Assembly: GCA_965112155.1 (NCBI GenBank)
Contig: OZ218100.1
Direction: 5' to 3' (one strand)
DNA length: 64,000 nt
Source: Podarcis liolepis
Lineage: Eukaryota
Shown here: positions 1 to 13,253 of the stretch, piece after piece
Numbering within the stretch: position 1 is the stretch's first letter
How the letters are laid out: each line of letters begins with the position of its first letter
Position numbers and translations under genes: made by a program
Notes under the pieces: generated by a model
Told to the model about the DNA's origin: nothing
The model's database searches: none
The model's input: only the letters and a program-made list of their open reading frames with translations

Positions 1-1209
1 CTATCCTGTGTTGTTTTCTTGACTCTCCCCATCTAAATTTAGATCATAAGTTATTTGGGGCAAGTACCATACTTTTATTTTGGTTCTATGTATACTACCA
101 GCTGCGGTGATGGCACCATATAAAATTAAATAATATTTATGAATCAGAGCTTCAAGCTCTTTTCCTATTTCAGTGGCAGTCCTTAGCTATTCTGTCGTCT
201 TGTACTGTTATGATTCCCCTTCCCTGATATATATCTGTAATACAGAAGATCCCTTATCCCTGAATACCCACATTTACTTAAAAAAGAAAATGTGCAAACC
301 TTAGTTCTCTTGTAGCTGTGAAAATCTGTTCTTCTTTTTCAGAGTTGCGGCTCGCCTTTTGCCATAGTGACATTGTTACCATCTCATGCTGGGTTGGAGA
401 ATCCATTTTTCTTCCTTTCTGGAATCCCAGCTTTCGAAGCGAAACTGATAATAATGTATATTTCTCAAGTTCTAAATCACCATAGAAACTTCACTGTGCC
501 AGCATGTCACACACTTCAGCATTCTGTTTCCTTGTTCCCTCTCGCCCTTTCTGTAGAATATTCAGGGACACCCTCATCTCACATATTGTTCCGCTACCCA
601 GTCACTCACAGCTAGGACAGCTTTTCAGATTGTGCCAGCTTAGCCTAGCGGTTACTTCAAATCTATCTTTACAGAATCCCCACAATTCACTTTTATTGAA
701 ATGGGCTTCCAGGAGAAAAACTCTCAGTGGATTTCCCTCTGCATTAAACTCTTGCATTTGATAAAGACATTACTTCCCAAGCCATGGGTGGTAATCAAAT
801 TCCTCAGAGTAGACCCATTGGGATTTAATGGATCTAACTCAGTCATGCTCATTAATTCCAGTTGGCCTACACGGACTAAAAATCACTGAATATCACCCTG
901 TATGTTATATTTTGATATCTTTTTCATGTTAACTTTTTAAAAATTAGATTGTAACCTTTATATTAAACGTATCAGCTTTTAGGCCAGGCCATAGATTTAA
1001 AAGAACGTTGATTTACTTACGGAGCAGTCCTATAATATTTACTTAGACATAAATCCCACCATGTAGTGGTGCTTACTTCAATATAAGTGTGCATAAGATT
1101 GCATCCTTATAGCAAGGCCAGTCCAAGAGAGAACAGCAATGTGCATAGCGTTGTAAGTATCTATGGCTGGCTAAGTTATTTTGACGCTTGAGGCAGAGAA
1201 TCCCACCTA

Positions 1210-2465
1210 CCGTATTTTTCGCTCTATAACACGCACCTGACCATAACACGCACATCGTTTTTAGAGGAGGAAAACAAGGGAAAAAATATTCTGAATGAAA
1301 CAGTGGACGTATCATTTTTGTGCTTCATGCTGTGGCCACAGACATGTGATCTGATGGTGAATTTGGGGTGACCCAATGCAAAAATCCTGAGAATCCCTGT
1401 GGATCCATGCTTTGTAACCACGTTTTTGCACCATTGCAGCCCCAGGCAACAGTGGGTGCGTGATTTTTTTTGGGGGGGGGGACAGGCTGTAGCCATGGAC
1501 ATGCTATGTGCTCTGATGGTGAATTTTGGCTGACCCAATGCAAAGATCCTGAGGATCCATGTGGATCCATGCTTTGTAACCACGTTTTTGCACCATTGCA
1601 GCCCCAGGCAACAATGGGTGTGTGATTTTGGGGGGGCAGGCTGTAGCCATGGACATGCTGTGTGCTCTGATGGTGAATTTGGGGTGACCCAATGCAAAGA
1701 TCCTGAGGATCCATGTGGATCCATGCTTTGTAACCACATTTTAAGTGGGGAGGGAAGGAAAAACACAGAAGGCTAAGAATGCAGGAGAGGGCTATAACGT
1801 GAGGAAAGGAAGGCAAAAGTTTCCCCCCACCCACTCACCCAAGCCAGCCAGCGTGCGCTCTCTCTCTCTCTCTCTCCCTCCCACCAGCATGACAGAAGAA
1901 AGCATTTTAACTGCATTAAGAACTATTTAGCAGCGAAACCTAAGCTTTGCCATCCCTTAAGAGGTACAGACACTGTAATCTTCCAGATCGCATGAATTTA
2001 CAGGCAAAACACTGTTTAAGGATTTCATCCTTTTAAATGGAAGAAAGCATATTTGAATGCTGTGTGTCTCCAAAAACAAAAAGCAGGAAGTCAAATCAGA
2101 ATTTTAAGCCGAACCTGTAATCTCTCTTCCCTTCACAAACATTGTTCCCTCCGGAGCAGGGAGAGGAATTAGAAAGACGCTCTGCTCTCCTCTCTACTTG
2201 CCTGGAGGGGAGGGGCTTTCCCTGCTCTTTGTTCCGTTTGAGCAAACACAGTAACGAAACAGAGCAGGGTGGGCAGTAAGACCCTGAGGCAGAATGCAGG
2301 AAAGCAGCTTCCTGTCTCACGGAGCTCCCTTCTCCCTGAAGCGCGGTTTGATTTTTGCCTCATTTTTCGGCTCCAGGGAGCACACATTCGCTCCATAACA
2401 CGCACAGACATTTCCCCTTCCTTTTTAGGAGCAAAAATCTGCGTGTTATAGAGCGAAAAATACGG
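1210..2465. mobile_element. Non-autonomous TcMar (Tc2-like) element
   Basis: Perfect TIR CCGTATTTTTCGCTCTATAACACGCA at both ends; TA duplications at 1208-09 and 2466-67; no transposase. Confidence 0.88.
1341..1740. repeat. ~155-bp tandem repeat (~2.6 copies) inside the Tc2-like element
   Basis: Unit ctgatggtgaattt...ggatccatgctttgtaaccac recurs three times; causes the repetitive ORFs at 1224-1834. Confidence 0.9.
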
Positions 2466-3795
2466 TATGTCTTTCCCTGACTGGGAGCAGGAATGCTATA
2501 ACCATAAATTAAGTACTAACAATTTGTTTCCCTTTATGGCACTTAAGAATAATCCTGTTGATAGGCAGCGACATCATAATCACGATCCCATTAGTAAAAT
2601 GGGTACCCTACATTTGGAAACATGCCCAGTTGCTGATCCCAGAGCATTCATGTTGCGTTTCATACCGTACCTCAGAAATTCTTACAACATGACTCCAAGG
2701 TAGGCCAGTGTACCTCTATTACATCCTAATCTGGGGTTGGGACTGGGGGCCCTAACCACTTGGTCAAGTGCCCCATCTGTGCAACTGAATTTGCTCTCCT
2801 GTTCCCACCAGTCCCCCCAACTTCAAAAATCAGCTCTGGAGGGTTGGGGGATCCCACAGCAGAGTTTGGGGGGTGCGTGAAGGGAGAAGGAGAAACAGAA
2901 GTCCTGTTGCACCACTGGAACCCCACTCCCATTGGATACAACCCAGAGTGTGCGGCTTGCCTGTGGCCCAATTCATTCATTCATGGTCACATAGTTAACA
3001 TTAATTGCTGTTACGTTTTTATTGCAAGAATATCCACATACCTTTCCCCTTGGGAACACCTGCACTGGGGCAATGGCACTCCTCTCCTTCAGCATAAAAA
3101 TTATCCCCAGAGTCATCAGTGCAACACATTTAGCTCCACTGCTGAGGGCATCAGTTAAGGGTTTTTTCTTTCAGTCTCTTTTTGAGACCCGAAGAGGAAT
3201 TTGTGGGCTGCCTGAATCGTCACCTGTTTCCTGCTTTCACCTGGATGGCCAGCCAGCCAGGAGGGTTAAAGCTTGGTTGCTTAGCAATGCAAAACAGATC
3301 CTGGGAACAAAAGCGAATGTTCTCATGGTCACAGGAGCTTTTTCCACTTCCCCCTTCCTTGAACTCTAGGCCTCTTCTCAAACTGAGCCAGCTTTTTCAC
3401 AGGCCCTGCTGCTATGCTCTTATTAATATTATTATTTACTTGCCTTCACTCTAATTATTTATTATGGACCTACCTTCATGCTAAGGTCCAAGGACGGGTT
3501 GCAACGTTAAAGCACAATCATGGGTATAATCATGGCACAGAATTTGTGTCCAATTCCAGCATAACTTTTCAGCAAAGAATGAAGCCGTAGAGGGCGGAGA
3601 AGAACGCGGTTCTCTCTGGGTATTCAGGTGGCTGCTGTATCACACGAGAAGTGTGGGAATCCAGTCTGTATAATAACAGCACGGTGTGCCAAAGCAGGGG
3701 ATAATTAATGCAAAACTAAAGCTGCAATCCAAAAGGGAAGGGGCAGCGGCTGAATTGTAGTTTTGAGCATTGTCCTGGGCTTGTGCTGGTAGGGT

Positions 3796-4047
3796 GGGGA
3801 CAGCCAACTCCTAGGGGCTGTGGGGCCTCCTCCCTAAAAAAGTTGATGAGCATAGCCATTCAAATGGTGTCCATGCACCGCATCATGTTTGTATTTGATA
3901 TCCCGCTTTATCACTACCCGAAGGAGTCTCAAAGCGGCTAACATTCTCCTTTCCCTTCCTCCCCCACAACAAACACTCTGTCATGTGACCAATTATGCAG
4001 GGCGGGGCTTACCCCCCCCCCAATATTTTAGTAAAGTTGGCACCCCT
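3796..4047. mobile_element. Degenerate hAT-like MITE carrying a SINE/L2-type tail fragment (~3890-3980)
   Basis: Ends resemble the 39516 element (gccaactc...agttggcacccctg); insert flanked by tcatgt repeats. Confidence 0.5.
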
Positions 4048-4598
4048 GGCTCTTGCGCTCTCCTGTCCTTTCCTGAAGTTTTGTTTGGCTGCCCATGACA
4101 TTCCTCTCATTGATGGGAGGGACATTCATTGCACCACATGACTGCTTCCACTGGTCTTGTGGACTCGGTGCGGCTCATTGGCCTCGTCCAAATGCCATGC
4201 CACATCCTTCACCCCATTTCATCAGATTTACATAGTGTGTAAATAAATAGTAGATTAGCTCTACGATGTCTCACGCTTCTTGCTGTGTTCTGCCAGAAGC
4301 TTAGTGTGCATATATCATTATGATGTATGTCGCTAGAAGCGCCCTGGAAGAGAAGGGAGATGCCTTTTCCAGAGCTGCGCGTACCGGAGGACACTCAGAG
4401 TTCTGGGGGATTGCAGGTACCCCCAGGGCATTCTCCAACAATTTCCTTAGGAGACTTGGATGGAGAAATTACAGTTTCATGTTTATTTCCTTGAGGGGAG
4501 TGGTAAGCCTGTATTCCAGTTGAGAGTCAATTTATATTTTCTATGTGGATATGAGTGATTTAGTAAGAAACAGAACATTTTTGAATTATCAATGTATA

Positions 4599-4604
4599 TT
4601 TATT
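4599..4604 (-). terminator. Candidate UNC93A polyadenylation signal (AATAAA)
   Basis: AATAAA on the minus strand ~390 nt past the stop, followed ~20 nt later by a GU/U-rich tract (tgttctgtttctt). Confidence 0.5.
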
Positions 4605-4991
4605 CTCCCCCCCCCATTAAAAAAAATATCAAAGACCCATTAATAATATTTTTTTGTCACTAGTAGCAAGAAGAGAAGGTCCCTAGTATTGTACTGTCTT
4701 AATTGAAGTCATTATTGTATTGGCAGAAAAAAACATCCTATGTACATTTTGCACCAGTTCGAAAGAACTGAAGTTTCCATTTACATATTGCACAAATCAT
4801 GGTATCTGTTCCTTGGTAGCCTTCCTTGGTGTCGAGCCTTTTGAGAAGCCATCTGTGGCACCAGTCCTGTGATGCGCTGCCTCTTTCACAAGAGCTACTT
4901 TCTGGTAGCCCATACAAAATGCACATGAGCAAAATTAGGCACTTTTGGACTGGGCCATTTGCTTGGCCTTACAGAGGTTTGCTTTGCTGGG

Positions 4992-5269
4992 CTACAAATG
5001 GGTTTGTGGATCTTTCTCGCCTAGTTCGTTTGGCTCCTGCTTTGAGATACTGGGTAGTTCAGGACCAGGAGAGGACTGTGATTCCAGGTGCTCGACTGCT
5101 GCATAGCATACCATGGCCACCACCAGTACAGCCAGCACAATATAAAGTTTGACGCTGACACTTAAGAACGTGCTGTAACCAAAGGCGATGACAAACCCCA
5201 GGGACTCCCACAGGCGATAATTAGCAAAGGCGGCCTCCTTGTGCTTTTCAAATAACACTCCATAGAGAG
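4992..5269 (-). CDS. UNC93A: UNC93A coding exon 8 (ALYGVLFEKHKEAAFANYRLWESLGFVIAFGYS...QTHL*)
   Basis: Acceptor tttgtttacag|; conserved EAAFANYRLWESLGF motif; TAG stop ends at 4992. Confidence 0.97.
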
Positions 5270-6394
5270 CTGTAAACAAATGGAAAGAGAAGAATTAGGC
5301 AAAACTTTATGTTTGAAGCCTAAATCTGACACCCATCCAGGTCTGTAACTGTAGCAGCAGTAGCTAACCCTCTTTCTCCCTGGAAAAGGTCATGCTGCAA
5401 GAAAATACATGATGGATGTCTTCTCTTTTTGTACCAGGAAGCTGCTTAGGATCACACAACGTTGTAGCTTAAACCATATACTGCTGGGTTTTGAGTTTAC
5501 TGTGAACTGGTCCATCGCCAGGCAACAGTGGTCCAGGGACATTATAAAATGATCTTTGTTCCTTGGTGTGGGAAATCTCTCTCGCCTGCTTTTGGAGGGC
5601 GACACCTTCAGCCGGTGTAAGGGGCAGAGACACGAGAGCTGCAATGCTCAAGAGTTCCTTGTGAAGGATTGTTAAACCACTCAGAGAATTGTAGCTCTGA
5701 GTGGAGGAAAGCAGGGGCACCCTGACAAGTGACATCACAATTCTTTAAACGTATGGTGTGATTATGGCCAATGTTATCCATGCTCCTAGCAGTATCTTTA
5801 AAACAGTGCTACTTGGAATCCTTACGCATGCAAACTATGGGCTCTGTTGCTGCAGGAATGAATATATGAACTAACCCATGATGACGTCAGGCAGTTCATG
5901 TCTGAAAAAAGGATAGGGGTATGGTAAGATCTGGTTTCAGTTCTGGTATGTAATATACAGAGGCTGCATAACTTCCCGGGATGATCCACACGTCAAATGG
6001 AAGTGCCTATGTTTATAATTAACCTGTTAGAAATGCTACATTGGGGAGGCTGCTGGCTAGAACATCTGTTCTACTTTTAAGAATGCAAGAGCTGCTGGAT
6101 CAGGCCAAAGGCCCATCTAATCTAGCACTACTGGTTCTCATAGTAGCCAGCCAGATACCCGTGAGAAGCCATTAAGCAGGACCTGAATGCACAGCTTCTA
6201 CTCACTTGTGATTCCCAGCAACTGCTACCCAGAGGCTCACAGCCTCTAAGAGCAAAGGCAGAACATGCTCAGGCTCTAACATGTTTAGAGCTCTTTTTAC
6301 ATCCTGCTGAAGAGGATAATGGTGTTTTTCAGGCCCATGCAACTCTTTAAACAGCATAGACTCATAGAATTGTAGAGTTGGAAGGGACCGCAAG

Positions 6395-6806
6395 CAGGGC
6401 CGTCTTTAGCAGATGCGATGCCGGGGTGCAAATATCCACCCAGCGCCCCCAAATTACCATGGATAGTGTTGGGGTGGCCATAGTTGTGCACTGCCAGGCA
6501 TTGGGGGGGCGCAACTCTCCCCCATGCCGCTGCGGGAGAACAATCCCCGCAGAGGCTTGGGAGTTGTGTCCCTCCTAAGTTGTGCCCCTCCTAAGCCTCC
6601 TCAAGAGGAGCGCGATCCCCGCAGAGGCTTGGGAGGGAAGCTGCGCGCCCGCCATCCATATGGTTGGCGGGGCACAGCCAGCGGACGTGCAGGGAAAGGG
6701 GAAGCCGTCAGCAAAGCCACGCAGCTCCCCCACTTGCTGGGGCGCCCCTGAGAGGCCGGCGCTCTGGCGCGACGCACCACTAAGCCCTATGGGAAAGATG
6801 GCTTTG
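6395..6806. mobile_element. hAT-like MITE inserted into a CR1 3' tail
   Basis: TIR CAGGGCCGTCTTT / AAAGATGGCTTTG; 8-bp TSD accgcaag / accacaag; flanks rejoin as CR1 tail catagaattgtagagttggaagggacc..gggtcatct. Confidence 0.8.
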
Positions 6807-7768
6807 ACCACAAGGGTCATCTGAATCTTTTGCCCAACATGGGGTTCGAACCTGCAACACGACTACTGCAAAACTCCAGCATGGAAGATGCTTGTGTGTG
6901 CATAATAGTATGCATATTATTACATACGAAGCAGCTCTTATAGAAGAACAAATGAAATAAAGCAGGCTTAACTTACAATACAGTGAGGTGCCAAAATATG
7001 ACACGCGCTTTTGGATAGATGAATCTGAAAATGTGGAGTAGGGCCAGGATTCAGGCATTTCCCATTAAAATCCTTTAGGGGGAGCCCTTGGTCAATATTA
7101 GATTCCACAACCACAAGAGATCTCTTGGAACAGCTACTTGCTTAAACCCTGATAGGAGTTAATTTTTCAGTCTCTAGAATTCTCTTTGGAACTTTGTAAT
7201 GAAACTCTGTTAAAGTAAGAGCTGAGTCATGTAACTGATAATTAAACTGAGCAGCTCCTGCCTACCTCACTTTGTGTGTAATTCAAAAGCACAGGGTTTA
7301 ATTTGAATTCTGCTGTGGAACCTGTTTTCAATGGCAGACCTGTGCCCTCCAGTGTGAAGTAATAATTAGGAAGAGTGGCGCTCTGAACACATGTGGAGTG
7401 TTTCTTTCTTAGAAGCAGCAAAGATAAGATACAGCTTCCACAATTGATCAAGTACCACAGGCTACTGTTTTTGGTGTTATTTTTTTTTTGAATGGTAGAA
7501 GAAGCAGCGGTTGATAATTGCAAGGCACTCTGCACATGTTCACAAATCTTCTGTTGATTATTCAGGGCTAGTCCTATCTCAAGAGTTATCATTTTATATT
7601 TACTACATGGAGTTTCAACTTCAGCTGACTTGAGCTGAGCTTCTTATTATTTCTTCGCATTTCCCAGATCCAAGAACTAGTAACTATATCGAGTTCTGGG
7701 GTTCTGCTCCCATGTTCTGGAGTTGAACCTTGGCTCAAAAGAAGGCCTGCATATCCCTTAACAATGTA

Positions 7769-8027
7769 CTGTATTTTTCGCTCTATAAGATGCACCAGAC
7801 CATAAGACGCACCTAGCTTTTGGAGGAGGAAAACAAGAAAAAAATATTCTGAATCTCAGAAGCCAGAACAGCAAGAGGGATGGCTGCGCAGCGAAAGCAG
7901 AGATCCCTCTTGCTGTTCTGGCTTCTGGGATAGCTGCGCAGCCTGCATTCGCTCCATAAGACGCACACCCATTTCCCCTTACTTTTTAGGAGGGAAAAAG
8001 TGAGTCTTATAGGGCAAAAAATAACAG
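7769..8027. mobile_element. Short Tc2-like MITE with central palindrome
   Basis: 5' end ctgtatttttcgctctataag matches the 1210 family; internal hairpin at ~7855-7930. Confidence 0.75.
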
Positions 8028-9362
8028 AGGATTTCCTTTAAGCAAAGTGCTGCCTCCTGTTCAGAAGAATACAGATACAAGTTTGTAAAGGCATACCCTC
8101 CAACATTTCTCTGACAAAAATAGGGATGTCAAGTGCTATTTTTGCTAGAAAAAGAGGTGCTGGAACTCACGATAAACACATCCCTCATAGAATGGCAATA
8201 GTGCCTACCTGAGAGGTGCTGGAACTGAGTTCTGGTGAGTTCCAGCTGAAAAAAAACCTAGGGTGTCTTATTCCATACCCTCCAACTTTTCTCCAATGAA
8301 AATAGAGATGCCCTACCATATGTTTCTCTGATGAAAATAGGCACATCCTGGGGAAAGTGGGACATCCTGGGATTAAATCAGAAACTAGGACAGCTACTGT
8401 AAATCTGGGACTGTCCCTGGAAAATAGGGACACTTGGAGGGTCTGTAAAGGGTGTCCCTTTCCCCAATAACTTCATAAGTTTAGTCATATCCTCAACATA
8501 CAACATAGAACTTCTCCAAGTTCAGAACATATGCTTCTACATATCCCACAGTTCTGTAATGTGCAAAAAGAAGAAATAGATCACAGCCACCATATCTCCA
8601 TGTAAGGCCAGGACCTTCCCTAACCTGCTAGCCTCCAGGCATTGTTAGACTGCAACCTCCAACAGATGCAGGTACTTGGCCAATAGTCAGGGCCAGTAGT
8701 CTAGCAACATCTGGAGGGAAGGCTTGCTTTATGCTTCCTGGTTTGTTGAACATTCACCCTGATTTGCTTACAAGGTGCTTATGCTTCTTACAATTCAGCA
8801 TGTGTTCATTCCACACTTTTCAGTGCATTTCCTCATCACTTTCCAAACTGCTTGAGCTTTAATCCACTTTAAATGTGTAAGTCTGAAGTCCTGTTATGTG
8901 CTCGAAGCCTTGAACCCCTCCTGCAAAATATTTGCGGTCTGGACCGGAGGCACCCGGAAGTGTAGTTAAGCCCTTGGCATGACCTCATCTAACCTGTATG
9001 TAATCCTTGCTTGGTTCAGCTTTGTTGTTGTCAAAAGACTCTCTTGCCCTGACATTCCCAGGAAATGAGAGAGAATGTATGTAAGGTGGCACTTTGTAAT
9101 GGAGCGAGATCTGTTGGTGAGGTGTGCAAGTGCTTGTATTTCGCCTGTGTAAGCAACGTGGTGACATATTTAATCTCCATAGCTAATTAGTTTAGGATTT
9201 ATTCCTTGGATGACAGTGTAAATATTTCAACATATTACAAAAGGTCTTTCTAGCCTTTAATCTTTATTTTTTTCTTATGCAATGTTATTTTAATCTCTGT
9301 GCCCCTCCCCTCACACACAGCAGGGATAATAAACATTTCAATTAGCTCCTGGTTATCAGATA

Positions 9363-9572
9363 CAGTGGATTCTTGAACTTAATCCATTCCAGAAATCTGT
9401 TCAATTCCTGAAACTGTTTGAAAACTGAGGCACGGCTTCCGATTGGCTGCAGGAGCTTCCTGCGCTCAAGCGAAAGCCGCATCGGACATTTGGCTTCCGA
9501 AAAACATTTGAAAATTGGAATGGGAGTCGATTTATTGGTCAACTAAGCCGTTTGAGAACCAAGGTTCCACTG
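9363..9572. mobile_element. Tigger/mariner-like MITE remnant
   Basis: ta|cagtggattcttg ... caaggttccactg termini. Confidence 0.6.
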
Positions 9573-10974
9573 CATTCCTTTTGACTTAGCACACAGCCTG
9601 CATTTGAGGAGTCCTTTCAAACCTTTGCTCTCTGGTCACATCCACAGCACACATTTAAAGCAAATGGCTTCCAGCAAAGAATCCTGGGAACTGTCATTTA
9701 CAACTCACAGAGCTACAATTTCCAGTACCCTTAAACTGCAGTTCCTGGGATTCTTTGGGGAAAGTCATGTGCTTGGAATGTGTGGCAAGGCTGTGCTCTC
9801 TCTCTCTCTCTCTATGTATACAAACGAATACCAAATGTGGTAAGTGGTAATAATGAGAGAGTATTTCTTCATTGGTTATGAATGCAATCTCAGATGAATA
9901 AAGGAAGGGGCTTAATTTCCTGACACATAGGTATTGAATTACAAGTGTTGAATTGGGTTATGCATAACACCTGTGGCTTAATGCCAGTGCTGTGAGCTTC
10001 TGTCAGGAGTCGCTACATGCCCAACTATCACTATGTGGAAAGCTGTGATGGTTCTCCTTCCTGTTGTACATGGAAGATCATTTGTCCATTTACTGTATTT
10101 ATTTTTCCCAATTTGAACTATAAAATGGTGGGGTTTTTTAGTCAAAATGAGAGTACCCCTAAACATTTTTTATTTTTTAGAAAAAAGCACTGTGGCTTAG
10201 CACTTAACATGTCAGGAGGAAATGCATCAACAAACCAAAACTATGTTTCATTTGAAGCAAAATAAGCCAGATATGATTCTGTAGCATTCAAAGATTTATA
10301 GAAAAGTTTGCCAAAAACATAAAATGCTATTTAAGTTTTAACCCCCCCCCCCCCGTGATGTTACAGCATACCTGTTTTGGACCCAGGACTCAGCTACATT
10401 AATCAAATTACAACATTAAAAATGTGTTATAACACTGTGACATCAGATGGTGCTGTAGAGCTGAAATCACAACTCAGTGATATTTTCCACTGTGAGCTTT
10501 ACAATGGTGTTTTGTTTTTTTTATATCTGTGTAGATCTAGCCCCAGTCTTCCAACTCTTTCTGCCAAGGTGCATTCTACTCAGACATATCTCAGGAGCTT
10601 CCAGACGGGTGCTCCTCATGCACAGAAATGTTTCACAGCATCCATGTGATGTCAGCATAGAATGCCAGCCAGCATAAAAGTGCCCACCCCACCACTTAAT
10701 TCAAGTTACCCTTTCTAGGGAAAATCTAATCAGTTTTTAAATTTTATTTTAATAGCTATTACCAACTCCCATTTGCAACAGTCAGTTTGCAATATTATGC
10801 CCCCATCTGGAAGCACTGATAGTTACTGGAGTCTAGAGAATCTGCTTTCACTGAGACTAAGGCCACAGAGTCCCATGCACACTTTCCTCAGAGTAAACCC
10901 CATTGATCCCAGTGGAACTGACTTGCATAGAGTTGTGCTTGTGCTGCCAGTCTTCCATGATAGAAAAGGCTTAC

Positions 10975-11106
10975 CATTGGTCTGCGTCTGCCAGATAGCA
11001 TCAGCCATACCCCACAGGGCAGGGAATACGAAGAACAGGGCAAGGTGGCTTGGGCGAGGTTTCCAGAGCAATAGTCCTATTATACAGGCAAGGTTGAGAA
11101 CTCCAC
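10975..11106 (-). CDS. UNC93A: UNC93A coding exon 7 (GVLNLACIIGLLLWKPRPSHLALFFVFPALWGMADAIWQTQTN)
   Basis: Acceptor tcttccag|, donor |gtaagc; 132 nt, phase 1 to 1. Confidence 0.96.
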
Positions 11107-13117
11107 CTGGAAGATGATGAAAGATTGAGAGAAAACAATAAAGAGTTTCAGAAGTAGGCCATTTCAGATAGTGAGAATTATATAGCTGCACCAGGCCAAG
11201 GTCCACATTGTGGATTAGTTTCCAACAGTGGCAGCCGCCCAGGTGACATTGGAAGCAAAGAAGCAGTATCAGCAAGGCTGGCTATGGTATAAAGTTGAAG
11301 TAAGCAACCACCTGGGATGTCAAAATTCCAGCTACATAAATGTTTTGGAGATCCACCAGAGTGCACAGAGGGGCAATGAGGCTGCTTAGGAGCACATTGG
11401 CTGGGCAATGTACCCTGCCGTTCAGGAAACAAATCAAGAGTCTTCTCATTTCCATTGGCCCCCAAGGTCACAGAGGGAAGGACCTGCTATCTCTTCTGCT
11501 GGTTGCCTGGAGGAAACAAACCTTGAGTCCTGGTTCAGATGACATGTTGGCTAAGCCAAACCACAGCTTAGCTCACCATGGTGTTGCAGCAGGAGGATTG
11601 CGGGCAAGAGCCACAATCTCTTCTTTGGGGTCTCTCATGCCCACCCATTCTTGCTTGGCTTGGCTTAGCCTAACAAGCCAGCCAGCCCATTGTCAAGTAA
11701 TTTAGTCCTGGCATATAATGGGCACCTGTCAGCCTAATGATATGGGTGAAGTAGGCAGCAAAATGTCAGCTGATTTTCTCAAGAGTGAAATTTTATCCAG
11801 GATGTGTAGTTGGTAACATTTCTTTTAAGTCATATTAGATGTGAAGTACATTCAGTTTGGAGAATGTGCAGAGCTAGCTCATTAAAAAAAAGTCCAGTGA
11901 AACATGAGAAAGAGAACCCCAGGAGACATAATTTGCCAGGAGTGCCAAGTTCTCCAAATGTTTCTTCATAGTCTGCCCTCCCTCCCTGATGTTGGTCAGA
12001 TCAGTGCCTTAGCAAGTGCTGCCAGTTGGCCCTATAAATTATATTATTGTCAGATCAGCACCTCCAAAAGGGACAGGCAAATATGTAGCTTATTGCTTCA
12101 TGACTGCAGAAGCCATGACACCTCCCTGTTCAGGGAATGCCAGTCATTAGATGAAAGGAAGGGAACCTTCTTCTCCCCTGTCCAAGACGCTGGGATGGGA
12201 TTTGTTTGTGGGTCATTTCATTCAGGATTATGTGGTATAAATCAGTATGCCATGCAACCACTCCAAGAACCCCATGTGGACACACAAAAGTAAAGTTTCA
12301 AATGTAGGAAATACAAAGGGGACCTGCAGCAAAATGTTGCTTTGTGGAGTGCTTCTGCTCAGATTTCCAACCAACCAGCCACGTTATTTTCTAGGATCCC
12401 CTATTCCATCTCCATTTTCCATTCCCTGTTCCCCCTCTTAGCCGTCAGTGAGCATGCTCAGGGTGACATTGATTATTGTGTTCTGTTGGCACAAGAATTT
12501 TCACTTATGCAATGGAACTCTTTCTCCTTCCCTCATGCACACTCTGTGCTCTCTCCAAATCTGCCCCGGAGGGTTCGGAGAACCCCCAGAACACATTTAG
12601 GGGTGTACAGGGGGAGGAGAGGGGGGGAACATTTTGTTGCACAAGAATAAATCTTTTCCTGACAGAATGTGTTTGTTAGTATTACATTGGATACAACCCT
12701 CAGTCCTCGATGGACTGTTTTGGGGTCCTCACCCTCAATATTATTTTTTATCCCCCTGCAAACCAGCTCTGCTGATACCACTCTCTTGTGTGAGACTAGT
12801 GCTGCTTTGACTGCTTCAGAACTGGCACCCAGAGAATTGAGATTGCTATTAGTATATGTGATTCATGAGTTGAGAACCACCTTCTGCTGTGTTAGAAATG
12901 CTGAGACTTTCTCTGAAGTGACTGAGCAAACAGACATATTTGAAATTCAAATTGGCCAAGACTGTTTCATTCCCAGTAATGAGGGGAGAATCCTCATCTG
13001 GACTGATCATGTTTTTAGCTAGTTCTTCATTAAATTATGCCCCCTGCCTCTTAGTATGAGCACACCCAATTTTTCACACTAGATGAGCCCCCCGGTTCTC
13101 TGTTAGCCTTTACATAC

Positions 13118-13253
13118 CCATTGCAAATAGAATTTTTCTGCCAGTAAATTGGGAAATCTTCCCAAAGAGCAGGGAGCAGAGTGAATTTGCAGCCGAGAAG
13201 CAGATCATCACATAGCCGACAAAATTTATCCCAAGGGCACAGGTCACATAGGA
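13118..13253 (-). CDS. UNC93A: UNC93A coding exon 6 (SYVTCALGINFVGYVMICFSAANSLCSLLFGKISQFTGRKILFAM)
   Basis: Acceptor tttttctctag|, donor |gtatgt; 136 nt; translated by hand (frame not shown in ORF track). Confidence 0.96.

Noticed and set aside
1224-1834. Repetitive 170-180 aa ORFs; superficially array-like repeat
   Set aside because: Produced by the ~155-bp tandem repeat in a MITE. There are no unique spacers, so it is not CRISPR, and I see no coding signature.
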